A stretch of 43,424 bases of DNA from Folioceros fuciformis (lineage: Eukaryota), in assembly GCA_049999805.1 (NCBI GenBank), contig JBNGIO010006327.1, forward strand, positions 91,673 through 135,096. Reading direction: 5' to 3'. A model generated the notes under the pieces. It was not told the DNA's origin. It searched no databases and worked only from the letters and a program-made list of their open reading frames with translations. Shown here piece by piece: positions 10,032 through 21,800 of this stretch (its first letter is position 1; every line of letters begins with the position of its first letter). The translations under genes and the position numbers were made by a program.

Positions 10032-13000
10032 CTAAAGCGCCGGCACTTCTTGCACGCGAACAACCTCTTCCTCTGAGGTCGAAGGTCGTCGTGTTCTCAG
10101 TTTGCACCACAAACCGGTCTTTGTGTGCAGAGTGGCGCCAGTCACCAGCTCTACGTCCTCGGGTGAGCCTCTCAGCTGGACGTCATACTTTTGCAACAGC
10201 ATTGCCAATCCCACCGTAGATTCCATCAGGGCAAACTGGTCCCCGACGCACTTGCGAGGTCCCCCTCCGAACGGCAGAAACGCAAAGTCTGACATTATCT
10301 GCACCCACAGTGGGTTATCAAGACCCGTGCTGGCATTCATCACGCCGAAACCTTTTGTGTTAGGAGCTTAGCTCCTTGAGTTACCTCGTTTGGGTACAAC
10401 GAGCCTGCAGCTCTGGTCGGATCAAAGCCATCCCACCCAGAAATCCCTTCGCCCGTCCTTGTCTCTTCAAATCTCTCGGGTTCAAACTTTTCTGGATTAT
10501 TCCAGAAAAATGGAGACCGGTGCAAATTGTATACCTGCCGTAGGAACAGATGGTTTCAGAGTGGGGTCAGAATGATCCTGGATGGGTGCCCCGTAGAGGA
10601 GTTTAGGAAACTCACCGAAATGAAGATGTCAACTCCTCGAGGAATGACATAACCACTTGGATCCCCTCGATGCCCACCTGTGGAGGATGGTGAGTAGTTA
10701 GTTGAGACAGTCTCTGAGGGCGCATGGCGTCGTTCTGAACGGCGCGGAACTACCAGGTAGCTTGTCGGGCTGCAGAGACCGTCGGATGAGAAGTGGTGGT
10801 TGCGGATACAGCCGAAGTGATTCAGCAACAATGAGTCGGATGTACCTGCCCAGCATCCACACATCCACGACATTCGATAAGCAAATTTCAACCTGACACC
10901 AGGAATGGCAATCCTGAGCATGGAGCAAACACCTCAGAAGTCTGCTATCCAAGCTCTGTGCACAGACCAAACTGGAATAGATTCTTTGATCAGGTTTGGA
11001 AATACATATCAGTTGATGCCATACGGCCAACCCCTACTAGAGACAAGTGGTCATTGTACACATCTATATGGCCGAAGGAATCAGTTCCTGGAGGACATTC
11101 GAGAACGGCTTCCAAGGTTCGGTGATGGATCCCTTCCGAGTCAATGGCATACCCACCCCTATGAGCATGACCTGCTAAACATGCTACAACACACTTATAT
11201 TTATGGATTACCACCATAACCTCGTCGTAGTTCCAGAGCAATGAAACTGGGGAAGCAGATGCAGGGTTCAAGGGCAGGTGGCATAGGATAATGACCTTCT
11301 GGCTCAGGGAAGTGGATTCCTGCAACACGGTATCTAGCCACTTCAGTTGATTAGCGCTCACACCCCCATTGAACTTCACAAACCGTCGCTCATTTCCACT
11401 AAGCCCTTCTGGACTGTTTTTCTCCTCATTTGGGTTCCTACTGCTAAGCACGGAATTGGCCAGTTCTGTATGTGGATGATCTTCTGGCCAACCAAGGGCG
11501 CTGATGTCATAACCATCCAAAACAACAAGCCGGAACGAGCTTGTAGGACAAAACTCATAGTAAGAGCGCCCATCCTCGAACACTGGAATGCTGAGGATAC
11601 TGTTAAGCTCAGCTCTCGGCAAGTTGTAGAAACAATGATTTCCCAAGATATGATAAACCCGGCCTTTGAACCTGTCAAACGCAGCCACTACCCTGGAAAC
11701 AGCTCCATGGGCATCTTCCTTGGGACAAAAGCCATCCACAATATCCCCAAAGTGAACAACAAAACCAAGATTTCCTTTCTGATTCCATTGCACCACAGCC
11801 CTTTCCAAGGCTTCAAGACTGTGGCGGTAATAGCGAGGGACCCCAGCAAAAGAGAAGCCATCCGGAATGTCAGCATACTGAACATCTGTTATCACCGCAA
11901 ACGAGAAAACCGGTAGATCGTTGTTACGGGCAACCATTTCTTCGTGGGTGGGTGAAGCGATTCCAAAGCCATCCATCACCCTCCGTTTGTGGGTTCTCTC
12001 CTTCATCTTTCTTAGTAAGGTATAAATAAAATTAGGCTTGGGTGAGGCATGATTCCTCTGGCCGGGATCTGATGGATGACTTCTACAACATACCTGGGGG
12101 ACATCACATGCTGCTGACCAGCAATACTGAACATGCGGGTCAATATGAGTACTTGTTAGGACCTTCGCGTATCTGGAAATCATTTCTCCAAAATACAACA
12201 AAGATTCTTGTAGGGTGTGTGCGATTCTGAAGAGCTGCAATCTCTCTCCAAGTAAGGACTGGTTATCATCCATCTCAACCTGACACCTGAGACCCAGAAT
12301 CTCACAACCCTAACATCAGAACCTAATATCGACTTTCCTTGCGTGAACAATCAAGCAAAGCACGCATACGCCTTTCAAACTGACAATTGCAGCTTATGAA
12401 TGTGCTGCCAATGGGCATCGTGATGGTCAAAAAGTCGAGCACACTGTCCTAGTCTTGGGTATCCAGATGCTTTGAGGCCATGCCTTGCCACTAGGTAGTA
12501 CACACAAAATATACCATAGATCCAGCGTATCAGGCAAGAGGTAGGAAGGATAACTTACTGCAACTTCTTAAGATCTTGAAGAGTCGGCCTCCTCCCACCG
12601 AGAACTGAATCAATCTCCTTTTGCGCTTTGGCTACCTTGTCAGGATTCTGCAAAGTGACAGAAAAGTCAGCAGTCACTCAGAATAACATGGAAATTAAGA
12701 GCGACATCAAGAGAGACAGACAGAGAGAGAGCGCCAACGAGGAAGGGAGAGACTCACCTGAGCTAACATGTATGTAGCCCAAGTGAGCATAGCCGCAGTT
12801 GTTTCGTGGCCCGCAATGAGCATTGTCATAAGATCATCTCGCAGCTGCAATGCACCCAGCATCTCTTCTCTAATTGGACAACGACCATTGCCAACAACAG
12901 TCTACGGGCCGATTCATCTGACATGCTACCAGCACCTTATAAGATACTCCAGGACAAAAGCATCACCCTAAAATCCTCGTCTCCAGATATCTAGGAGATA

Positions 13001-14841
13001 ACCAACCTGTTTGTCATCTGCATCTTCCCCCCTCATATCGACCAAGAATCGCAACAAGCTAGCATCCTTGGGAATACCGTTACAAAAAATTAGACCACGT
13101 GAAAACACTAATCTCAAGAACATGATCAGGTCGAAGTAGTGAGATACATACTTTGACCTTGGAATAATCCCGTTGCTGTAACCCTTCAATGTCTAGCTCC
13201 TGTACGCAGATCCAGTTATAAGCTCAAGCATGGGAGACCATGTCTAGACGCTGGAGAACTTACCAAACGTTAGCTGAACTTTGAGGGAGAAGGCCAGGAA
13301 TTGGTAGTAACGAGCCTGTCTGCTGTCTCTTGCTCTCTGAATTAAGCTGTCGAGACAATCATTGATAACTTTTAAGTCATCGTGAAACTTCCGTTGGCGA
13401 GGTACAATCCATCGTGATAATGGAAACTTCCAGTATGGGATGTAAAACGTTGATCTGTGTTCCGCCTCCGACAGGGTCCCATACACAGCCTGGTCACCAC
13501 AATCAACAGCTCCATCAAACTATAGAATCGACATGCTTCACTTGGAAAATTAGAGAAGTGTGCGCCAGCCATTCTGATGTAACTGCAGGGCAGAAATAGG
13601 CAGAGGAACAGCTTATGATCAGTACCGCAATAACAGGAGATTCTTGAGTAACGGATCCAAAGTCGTAGTTGAAGACGCTTAGTCCAATGATGTCCAGTGC
13701 GAGGCTTGAAAACTCTGACTCCATCTCTACTTCGACATAGTCTTTATCGTTGCTCTTAGCCTCAGTTAACAGTTTCTCAAGCTTTTGTACTGTCCTCTCT
13801 GCACAGTCATTAAAGACTTGCACCATTGCCTCCAAGTATGCAGTATGGAATCCTGGCACGATAGCTGGTCACATGAACAGACACAATTGAGTACTGTGAA
13901 AGTGAACCAGAAAAGACTAAACGAACAGGGGAAGACTTGACGATAGTTGGGCGGGCTCCGACACGAAAGGGAGCATGCAGGTACCTCTTCTGCGTACTTT
14001 CCATGTCTCTAGATCAGCAGGGATAAGCCCTTTTCCCATGATAGGTTCGAGAATGTCAGCAAGGACTCCCTGAGAAGCAAAGACTACAGTATCATGAAGG
14101 AGCCGTGATGTGCCTTGCCCGGAACTCACCCGGTGATTGTGTGAAACACACCATGGACAGTAAAAGTGATGTGCACCTTGTCATAACCAAATGCATTTTC
14201 ACGCAGAATATGCCGAGCGACAATAGGATCTGACACAACCACGAATGCCTTGGGTCCGAAAGCTAGCTTGTATACTGGACCGTGCTGCAGACATTCTAAA
14301 GTCAGGTCTGGACAACTGAGAATCCTGAAACTCCATAACGAACCCCGCACCTCTCAGCCAAGGCTTACTTGGATGAACCAGTCATAAAGGGCATAAAACA
14401 GAGGCCTGTCGAACAAGTCGGACACCGCCCCCTCAGCAATGGGCATCCCTCCCACGCTTCCCCCGCTCAGTAGATTTGTCAGCAAATTGCTTGCATTGTC
14501 AAAAAAAGATCTTTCCGCCTTAGGAGTTTTGGGTTCCTCAGTCCTGACACTGCAACACGCATGGTCGTCATGAATGAATTAAAACTGGCCGTAAACATTT
14601 CAGCAGCCAAACCTCAAAGCAATTTCGGTTACCAGAAAATCTTCCCAGGTCGCCGAGGCCCATGCTTCACTGTCCCACAAAACAGTCCACCGGTCCCAGC
14701 TCCTGAGTTCCCTGCAAAGACAGATGCACCGCACTCTTTCCTCCATCCCACGTACTCAGACAGCCCGATCCTCTGAGTCGAGCAATATCGAAACGATGAA
14801 ACAGACGGAGACGACACCCGGGGAGTAACCAAGAGATTCAT
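10032..14841 (-). CDS. CYP97B: Cytochrome P450 CYP97B (carotenoid hydroxylase family, plastid-targeted), 14 exons
   Basis: Exons (minus strand): 14841-14633, 14549-14369, 14284-14177, 14069-13985, 13864-13626, 13489-13316, 13199-13152, 13066-13007, 12844-12758, 12647-12559, 10845-10754, 10677-10616, 10534-10385, 10298-10032. Motifs: [22 protein letters not shown] (I-helix), ESLR (ExxR), PERF and [14 protein letters not shown] (heme Cys). Closely resembles Arabidopsis CYP97B3. Confidence 0.96.
10990..12006 (-). CDS. ADPRM: Manganese-dependent ADP-ribose/CDP-alcohol diphosphatase (calcineurin-like metallophosphoesterase), nested in CYP97B intron 10
   Basis: Uninterrupted ORF with all metal-binding motifs: DVQYAD, RYY, GDIVDG, GNHC, FNGG, CHLP, GHAH and LEC. 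Strong resemblance to plant ADPRM (At4g24730-type). The start is uncertain: in-frame ATGs at 12273, 12006 and 11976. Confidence 0.93.
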   Translation of the reverse strand: MKERTHKRRVMDGFGIASPTHEEMVARNNDLPVFSFAVITDVQYADIPDGFSFAGVPRYYRHSLEALERAVVQWNQKGNLGFVVHFGDIVDGFCPKEDAHGAVSRVVAAFDRFKGRVYHILGNHCFYNLPRAELNSILSIPVFEDGRSYYEFCPTSSFRLVVLDGYDISALGWPEDHPHTELANSVLSSRNPNEEKNSPEGLSGNERRFVKFNGGVSANQLKWLDTVLQESTSLSQKVIILCHLPLNPASASPVSLLWNYDEVMVVIHKYKCVVACLAGHAHRGGYAIDSEGIHHRTLEAVLECPPGTDSFGHIDVYNDHLSLVGVGRMASTDMYFQT

Positions 14842-15570
14842 CTCAACAGTTCGGCCTCCAAAGTTCCACAACCGGGGAAACGTGACGGGGTAGCTGTCAA
14901 GGGCCCGCTCGACACGCTACTCGACGATTTCGGATAAGGCTAGGAAGATATCCTAACTGTTACTATATCACGGGGTGTATTTCCTGTTACGGGTTATCTG
15001 ATCCCCATTCATCCGTCCCGTCCAGGTTCCCTCCACGATTCAACTCAGAAGAACACAGATAGGAACTCTATATGCACAGACTGCTTTTGTTGCAAACTGG
15101 CAATCCAAACCTGCCACCCAGTGTTCAGCGTACTAGGTATGAAATTTCCTATCACCAGTGAAAAGTATATGCAATAGGATCCCTCGCCTTGCCAGTCAGG
15201 AAACCAAAGTTTTTGTTCCGAGAGATCTGGGTCAGCTGAATCTCTGTACCTGTCAAACTACGTATGTTTAAACTCACAATCCTTCCTTAGCTATGGCCTT
15301 GGCGGACAACTATAGATTTCTTCTCCTGCTCCAGAAGGAGAAGAGACTTTGATTGAAGTGCACTCTGATGACGAATAGCTGAATCTCAGTGCCATTCACA
15401 CTACTGTACATATGTTGCTGTTTCCAGGAGGAGAAGAGACTCTGAGTGCACTCTGAGGACGAATACGGAAATTTGTGCTCTGTAATGAACCTACCTACCT
15501 GTGTGCGTACACACAGACTCTGCTAATGAGGGCGAGCATAAACAAACTGCATTTGCATCGTGATCAGGTT

Positions 15571-15578
15571 TTAGGGTT
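15571..15578 (-). promoter_or_regulatory. Telo-box-like element (AACCCTAA) in the divergent CYP97B/NUP214 intergenic region
   Basis: TTAGGGTT lies ~290 bp upstream of the NUP214 ATG. Telo-boxes are known plant proximal promoter elements, but the motif is short. Confidence 0.4.
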
Positions 15579-15865
15579 GATTTCGGGGACTTCCCGCCAT
15601 CGCCTTGTCTGAATTAGACCGTCCCGGAGCTCTCGTCAAGCGGGTAGGCGAGCACAGCTACGTTGAGCGGTGTAGGTAGCGGTGAATTGCGGAGCTGTGT
15701 GCCTGTTGAACTTCATTTCAGCTGGGAATTCGCTGGGGTGAAATGCACTCCTCTTTGTTGGCGTTTGTTTGATGGATTTGTGCTTTTTGTGTTGGCACAT
15801 TCCTGTCCCGACTGAAGGTCAACTGTGGTGGCAGCTCCGCGCGCATGAAGTGATACTTTTTTGGT

Positions 15866-18800
15866 ATGGAGCTGAAAGAGGCTCCGTTTTTGCGAGAAGA
15901 CGTGTTTTTCCGCAGGATCGGAGTGGATGTGAGGATTGCCAAGTCAAAAGGAGGACTGTTTTGGGAGAAAGTGCCCTCTCATGGGCTGGCGGTGTCCAAG
16001 ATTTATGGTTACACATTTTTTGCGCATCCTGGTGGTGAGTGTTGGAGATGTGTAATGTTTGGGAACGAAGATGCACTAGACGGTTCTTGGAATTCTCACC
16101 TCTGAACATGGAGTGTTTCAATCACTCAGGTTTCGGCGTGGTCAAAACCGCCGAACTGTGTCAGCTTGCTCTGGCTTTGAAGGAGAACACCAAAACTGCT
16201 TCTACTGTGCTGGACAAGTCTCTGGTCAATGTGGTGCTCTCTGGAGTCCGTTCTTTAGTACTGTCTTCAAATGAGCTTGAACTTGCTGTCAGTGTTCGGA
16301 ACAGCGTACATCTGTACGACGTCCCTACTCTTGTGCTCAAGGTGGCCTCCTTTCCAACGACTACCTACTCTGTCAATGGTGGCAAGTACTTGCTTTGGGT
16401 TGAATGTCTTCACGTATTCCTGTATTTTCGTGTAACAGGGGAACGCAAACTCTTCCAAGACTGTGTTTGTTGCATCGGAGACTGGCTTTGTGAAGGATTT
16501 CAGCTGGAGCCCTTCCAAGCAACAAGCTTATGTTGCCCTCTCAGACCAAGGGAAACTTGTGGCCGGACAGCTTGGAAATGCCAGAACTGTCATAGAGGAC
16601 GGAGCTCTTGCAGGTCTAAAGAAACATCGTGACTTTCTCTGTGGGTTCAAAAGAGTGGGATAAGATCAGCGTCTCTAAAGTTTGCATAATCCTGCTATGT
16701 TTTCAGTGTCTTGGAGTCCAGATGGGGACCATATAGCCTACGCGACTCGTGATGGTTACTTAAACATCACGGATCGGGATATATCACGGACGTTCAAGTT
16801 TTCGTTGCCAGATTTGTCTGTTCATGACGAGGATGTAAGTGCACAAGGTATAAGTGGACCTAGCATTGAATTGGACATCTGTGGTTTTGCTTCTGGGGGC
16901 ATGGACTGCTAAGAGAATCGAATGGCCTCTTTACATTATTTTTTTAAAATCAATTCCGTTGTAACTTCTGCTTCAAAGTAGAGTATACCTCTCACTAGTC
17001 AAGATTGTTTAAGCTCTGATGGTTTCTGGCAGTTGATACAATACACTGGGTGCGTCCTGACAGCATCATGGTTAGCTATGTACGGACTTCTGAAGATTGT
17101 GAGTCTGAGTGCCCCTTGCTGATGGTGCACTGTACTCAGGGAACCCTGGCCCAGGTGAAGCCAACGTGTCAGCCGTTTCATTATCTCTGTCATGTCGGTG
17201 CCCTATTTTCAATAGTGCTTGTTTTGAGGGGTTTGATCCTCCTACGTTAGCATCGTGATGGTGCTACTCCTGCAGCCTCTAGACTTTGCGGGCTGTCTCA
17301 GAGAAATGATCTGTCACTAGCTGTCTCTAATATGTTGTTAATGAGGAAGATGTAATGATCTATCCCAATTTGTTGGTGTATATAGGAGGGAGTAGAGAGG
17401 ATGCCAATCATCTTCGATACACTCTTTGCATCCATTGATGCCACTGTTGTCCCTCCTGGAAGTGGACCCTACATGCTTGTGGAGTATCTTCCTCTATGGT
17501 ATAGAAAGTTCATGGTTGCTGGACCGAGAATTTCGGCATGGAACTTGCTCCAGTTATGAAGCATTCAATTGTTTGTTCATGGTTTCCTCTGCAGGGATAT
17601 GGCACTAGCAATCAACAAACGGAGTGTGGACGATCACATTGTTCTTCTGGGTTGGCAATCAGATGAGGGACCTGTCTCCATTGATATTAGCAATGATGCA
17701 TGGGTCCCAAGAATTGAGCTTCCAGGTTGGTTGCATGTTGGCTGCTGTCAGCTGTACGGGAATCATATCTATGCTTTTGACAATCAACTGAATCATGGCC
17801 ATCATCTATGACTTTTGTGTTGTAGAAGAAGAGGGCGAAAATGCTGTTGTTGGACTGGGAGTAGATTTGACAGCTGAACAGATAAAGTTTGCTGATCCAC
17901 GTGATGAAACGGGGGTGGCTATGCTCCCCGCCTGTCCAGTGCTGCTGTGTATGACTTTGGAAGGGAAGATTAGTCTCTTCTCGTTTGCCAGGTTGTTGAC
18001 TGGCCCTCCTTACTATGGTGCTATCTTTGGTTTGGTTCATGATGATAATCGCCACTGACAAACTGTTTCTGACTGAATTGGGAAAGGTGGGGATTTCCGG
18101 AACTGGTGAGAACACCTCAGGAGGTTCCATCAAGCTCCAATACTGAGGCTTCTAAAGATGACACATCTAAAGATGCTGAGGATGAATTACAAGCAGTGTC
18201 AGGAGTCATCCGCAGGAAAGCAGATACAATGAGCACAGAGAGTGAAGAAAGCACAAGCTTGTCTGATACTGAGGAACCTATTGAGCTGGAAGTTGGAAGC
18301 GATGCTTCTGAAGAAACTCTGGGGCAATCGTGGAATGGTTCCGTGTTGCCATCTGAAACGCCTCGTAGCAAGACCCGGAAAGAGCTGACTGGTATGATCT
18401 GCTGGAAGTAGAGCTGATTTGTCAATGTCTACTGTCCTCTCCCTGATGCAGAGGTTTGTTTGACTGATGCAGCCTCAGTGCAGTCACCGTGGAAAGCAGA
18501 CACTTCCGAGGACATGAGGAAGCAGGCTGGAACTATTTCTGAAAGGCTTAAGCCTGCAACCGAACCTCTCGGCCCACAATCCAAATCAATCTTTGAGCGT
18601 TTTACCCTGGATGCCCCTCAGCCAAGTGACAAGGGTTACTCGCAAAAAAGCAGTTCGCAGGCCAATGTGGAGCTCTACTCTGCTGAGCACATTGAAGAGG
18701 GGGACCCGGCTAGCTGGGGAAGTAGAAGTCAGCCATCTAAAGTGGAAAGAGTCGTGAAGCAAGGATTTGCGAAGAGTCTGGAGGGCCTGTACAGACCGTA

Positions 18801-21800
18801 CAGCAGTAGTACCTCTGTGAGCCTGTTGGCTCAGGAGAGTCAGACATTGCAGGTTCCCCCGCCAGCAAAAGAGGGTTTTACCTCTCCGTTTCCTCTGTTC
18901 GGCCATGCTGGTCCACGTCTTCAGGGACCGAGCACTGTCAAGCCACCTTCATCTTCAGTGTCAACTTTGTCTTCTAGAAGCCAACCAGAACAAACCCCTG
19001 CCACCTTGAGTGCACTGAACTCGGGCAAGAATGTGGACGTAGTTTTAAGGCCTTCAGCATTTCAGAGGAGTTCCAAGAAGCACCAGATCGAGCCTCAGAT
19101 ACCTGGTGTCTCAGAAATGGAAATAGAATTCATCAAAGAGCTTGAGAAGGCAAGCCAGTTACTCTCTCTGGCCAATTTGCAGAAGGAAAATTGTTGATAT
19201 GCCTGTGAAAGATGGTTTCTGCTGCTGTTAGGAAAGCTCCAGTCACTGTTTCTTACGCATGCTCTTTTGACTCCATCCAGGTCAGGCAAATGGCAGATCA
19301 AACAGATGCTTTGATGTCGTATCTGCAAAGTAACCTTGTGAGCGGGAAGGGTGTTCCTCCTGCAGCTTATGCAGAGATATCACTAGAAGAGTTGGAGAAA
19401 GGGATTTCCAATCTCTCAGAGAACTCCAAGCGGCTAAAGGTGACTGTAGAAACGCATCTAGTTTACGTGTGTGGTCATGTGGTTCCTCTCTCTTCCCCGT
19501 TTTGTCTACACCAAAAATGCAGTAAATGCATTTTTGCTTAGTGAGGTTATATAACGTACTGCTGTCCTTGTTTGATGTGCATTTAAGCAACCTCTGATCT
19601 ATTGTTGCACGCAGAAAATCATTGATGAACAGCAACTAGAAGTCGAAGAACTTGCTGATGATACCATGAAAGGTGTGCAACCTAAACCGTTGATATCCAG
19701 CTGATCTTTGCAGATTGACAGAAGAGCAGGTGCTTGTCTACGACTTGAATTCTCGTTGATGATGACGAGCTGACTGTTAATGTCGTGCGGGCTCTACAGT
19801 GGATACTTGGAGAATTCATGCCCAAAGTTTAGCTGAGCAGGCAGCCGACACTTGGCATTGGGACTTCTGGATGCATCAAAATCTGCACCCTGAGCTAGAA
19901 ACAAGACGTAATGCTGTAGTTGAAGCAGATCAGGTTGTTGCCATGGTTGGTTGCTGAGTTTTTTGGCTACAATATTGGATATGGGGCTAGAAGCTGAAAC
20001 CAGTAGTTATTTCTTTTGCAGGCACTGAAGCAACAAATTGATGATCTGGAAAGACACCTACAGAGCTTGGAATTCAACCATACGCAGCATTCTAGGGGCT
20101 CTTTTAGGAAGCAATTCACAGTAAACAAGCAAAGTCCAACGTAAGTATTTATTCTGTCGGTTCTGTTGTTGTACCTGATTTACCCGGATTGCCGTTTTCT
20201 TACCCTTGTGATGGTCTCCTGTTGGGGAAACAGGCAGTTGCAAGCTGTCCAGAATCTTTATAGCACAGTGAATGCTCAAATGACTGTTGCTGAGCAACTC
20301 GTCCAGTGTCTAAGCCAACAAATGAGAGTGCTGAACATATCTTCCACTCCATCAAGAATCATACCTGTCCAGCCGGCTGCAGCCGGAATTCTAAAGTCGT
20401 TAGGTGTGTCAGTTGAGGAAGACGACGCTCTTCAAAGCCCTAGTTCGAAGCCGAGGTCAAACTTTTCTCAGGACTCTGGTGAATCTGCACTTGCAACTCC
20501 TCGGCAGCATCTGCCAATTGAATCTGATCCTGCACAGCAAGAGAGCACAAGGAGGAGACGGGACTCAATGGATATGGTAGGTCAGTTTGTAAGTTTTACA
20601 GAGTTGTGGTTTTAACACAGGGAGATATGACATTATCTGAGATTGTGACACTGGCAAGTACAGGCCTGGGTCGGAGCAGGAGCAGCCAAAACCACTATTA
20701 AGAGAAGTTCCAGAGTTGAACGAAAAACTTTGCCAGGAGTGCACCAGGAATCTCTACGATACGTGCGGGGGATGAAGGCAAGTGTGGACGGTTCACCACC
20801 TGCAACCACTGGTAATCAGCCCAAGCAAAACAAGGCTGTGCCAGGTTCTAGAGTCTCTTCATTGTCAGTGTCACCCCAGCCCGTTGGAGGAGAGCTTCGG
20901 AAGCCTTCCGGTATTTCTAATTAACAGTTGCCGGCCCGTTTCGTCTCTTCTTGTGGTTTTTTTTTTCTATCCATGTGGTAGTTTGCGTAGACCTGTCCAT
21001 GTCCTTCGTCCTTGGCAGACATGATGCTGATGAGAGGTTTTTGGCAGCCGCTGTTGACAGCACCGCAAACTTCATTCGTCCACCAGCCTCTGGTAAACCG
21101 GGATCAAATGATCAGTCTAAAGCGAGTGTGTTCCAATGGGCAAGTGCAGTTTCATCTCAATTTCCAAGCTCAACTCTTGCAGGTCCTTCATTGTCCTTTA
21201 CATCATCTTCATCTGCCACGGCTCATCGATCATCTGAAACTGGAACAGCTTCCAGTAATGAAAGTGGAACCACAGGACTCTTTGGGACGACGAGCAGATT
21301 TTCTATGTCAACGAAGTCTGAGCAGACAGACGCGTCACCAGCTATAGCACCATTTGATATTCACAGGTCTGTCTCAGGCCCCATGGTGGCTGGGACTTCA
21401 ACCTCAACTAGTGTGACTGCTGATTCTGAGAGAAGAAAAACTGGGTATCGACTAAGTTTTTCAGTCTCTAGTCCCAACGATGGCATTACAGCTGCACCAC
21501 CTCAGAGAGAATGGTCGGTACCTACTTTCTCCACAACGGCAAGCTCTCTCCCAAGTAAAGATCCAGTGAATACTACTGGGGGCAGTACATCTATCTCTAG
21601 AGAACAACTGCCTGGAATGTCTCCATTTTCCCCTGTGCCCATCATTTCTTTGCCAGGTAATCGTGCAAGCTCTGGTTCTGCTCATCAATCTGCTGGTCTC
21701 GGGGTTATGGCTGCAAATTCTGAGGCATCAGTTTCGCCCACTCCCTCCCCAGCTGTAGAGGAGCTCTCACTTCCACCAGCACCTGAAAAGGCAACACCAA

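Noticed and set aside
11347-11916. 189-aa plus-strand ORF
   Set aside because: Antisense shadow of the ADPRM coding sequence.
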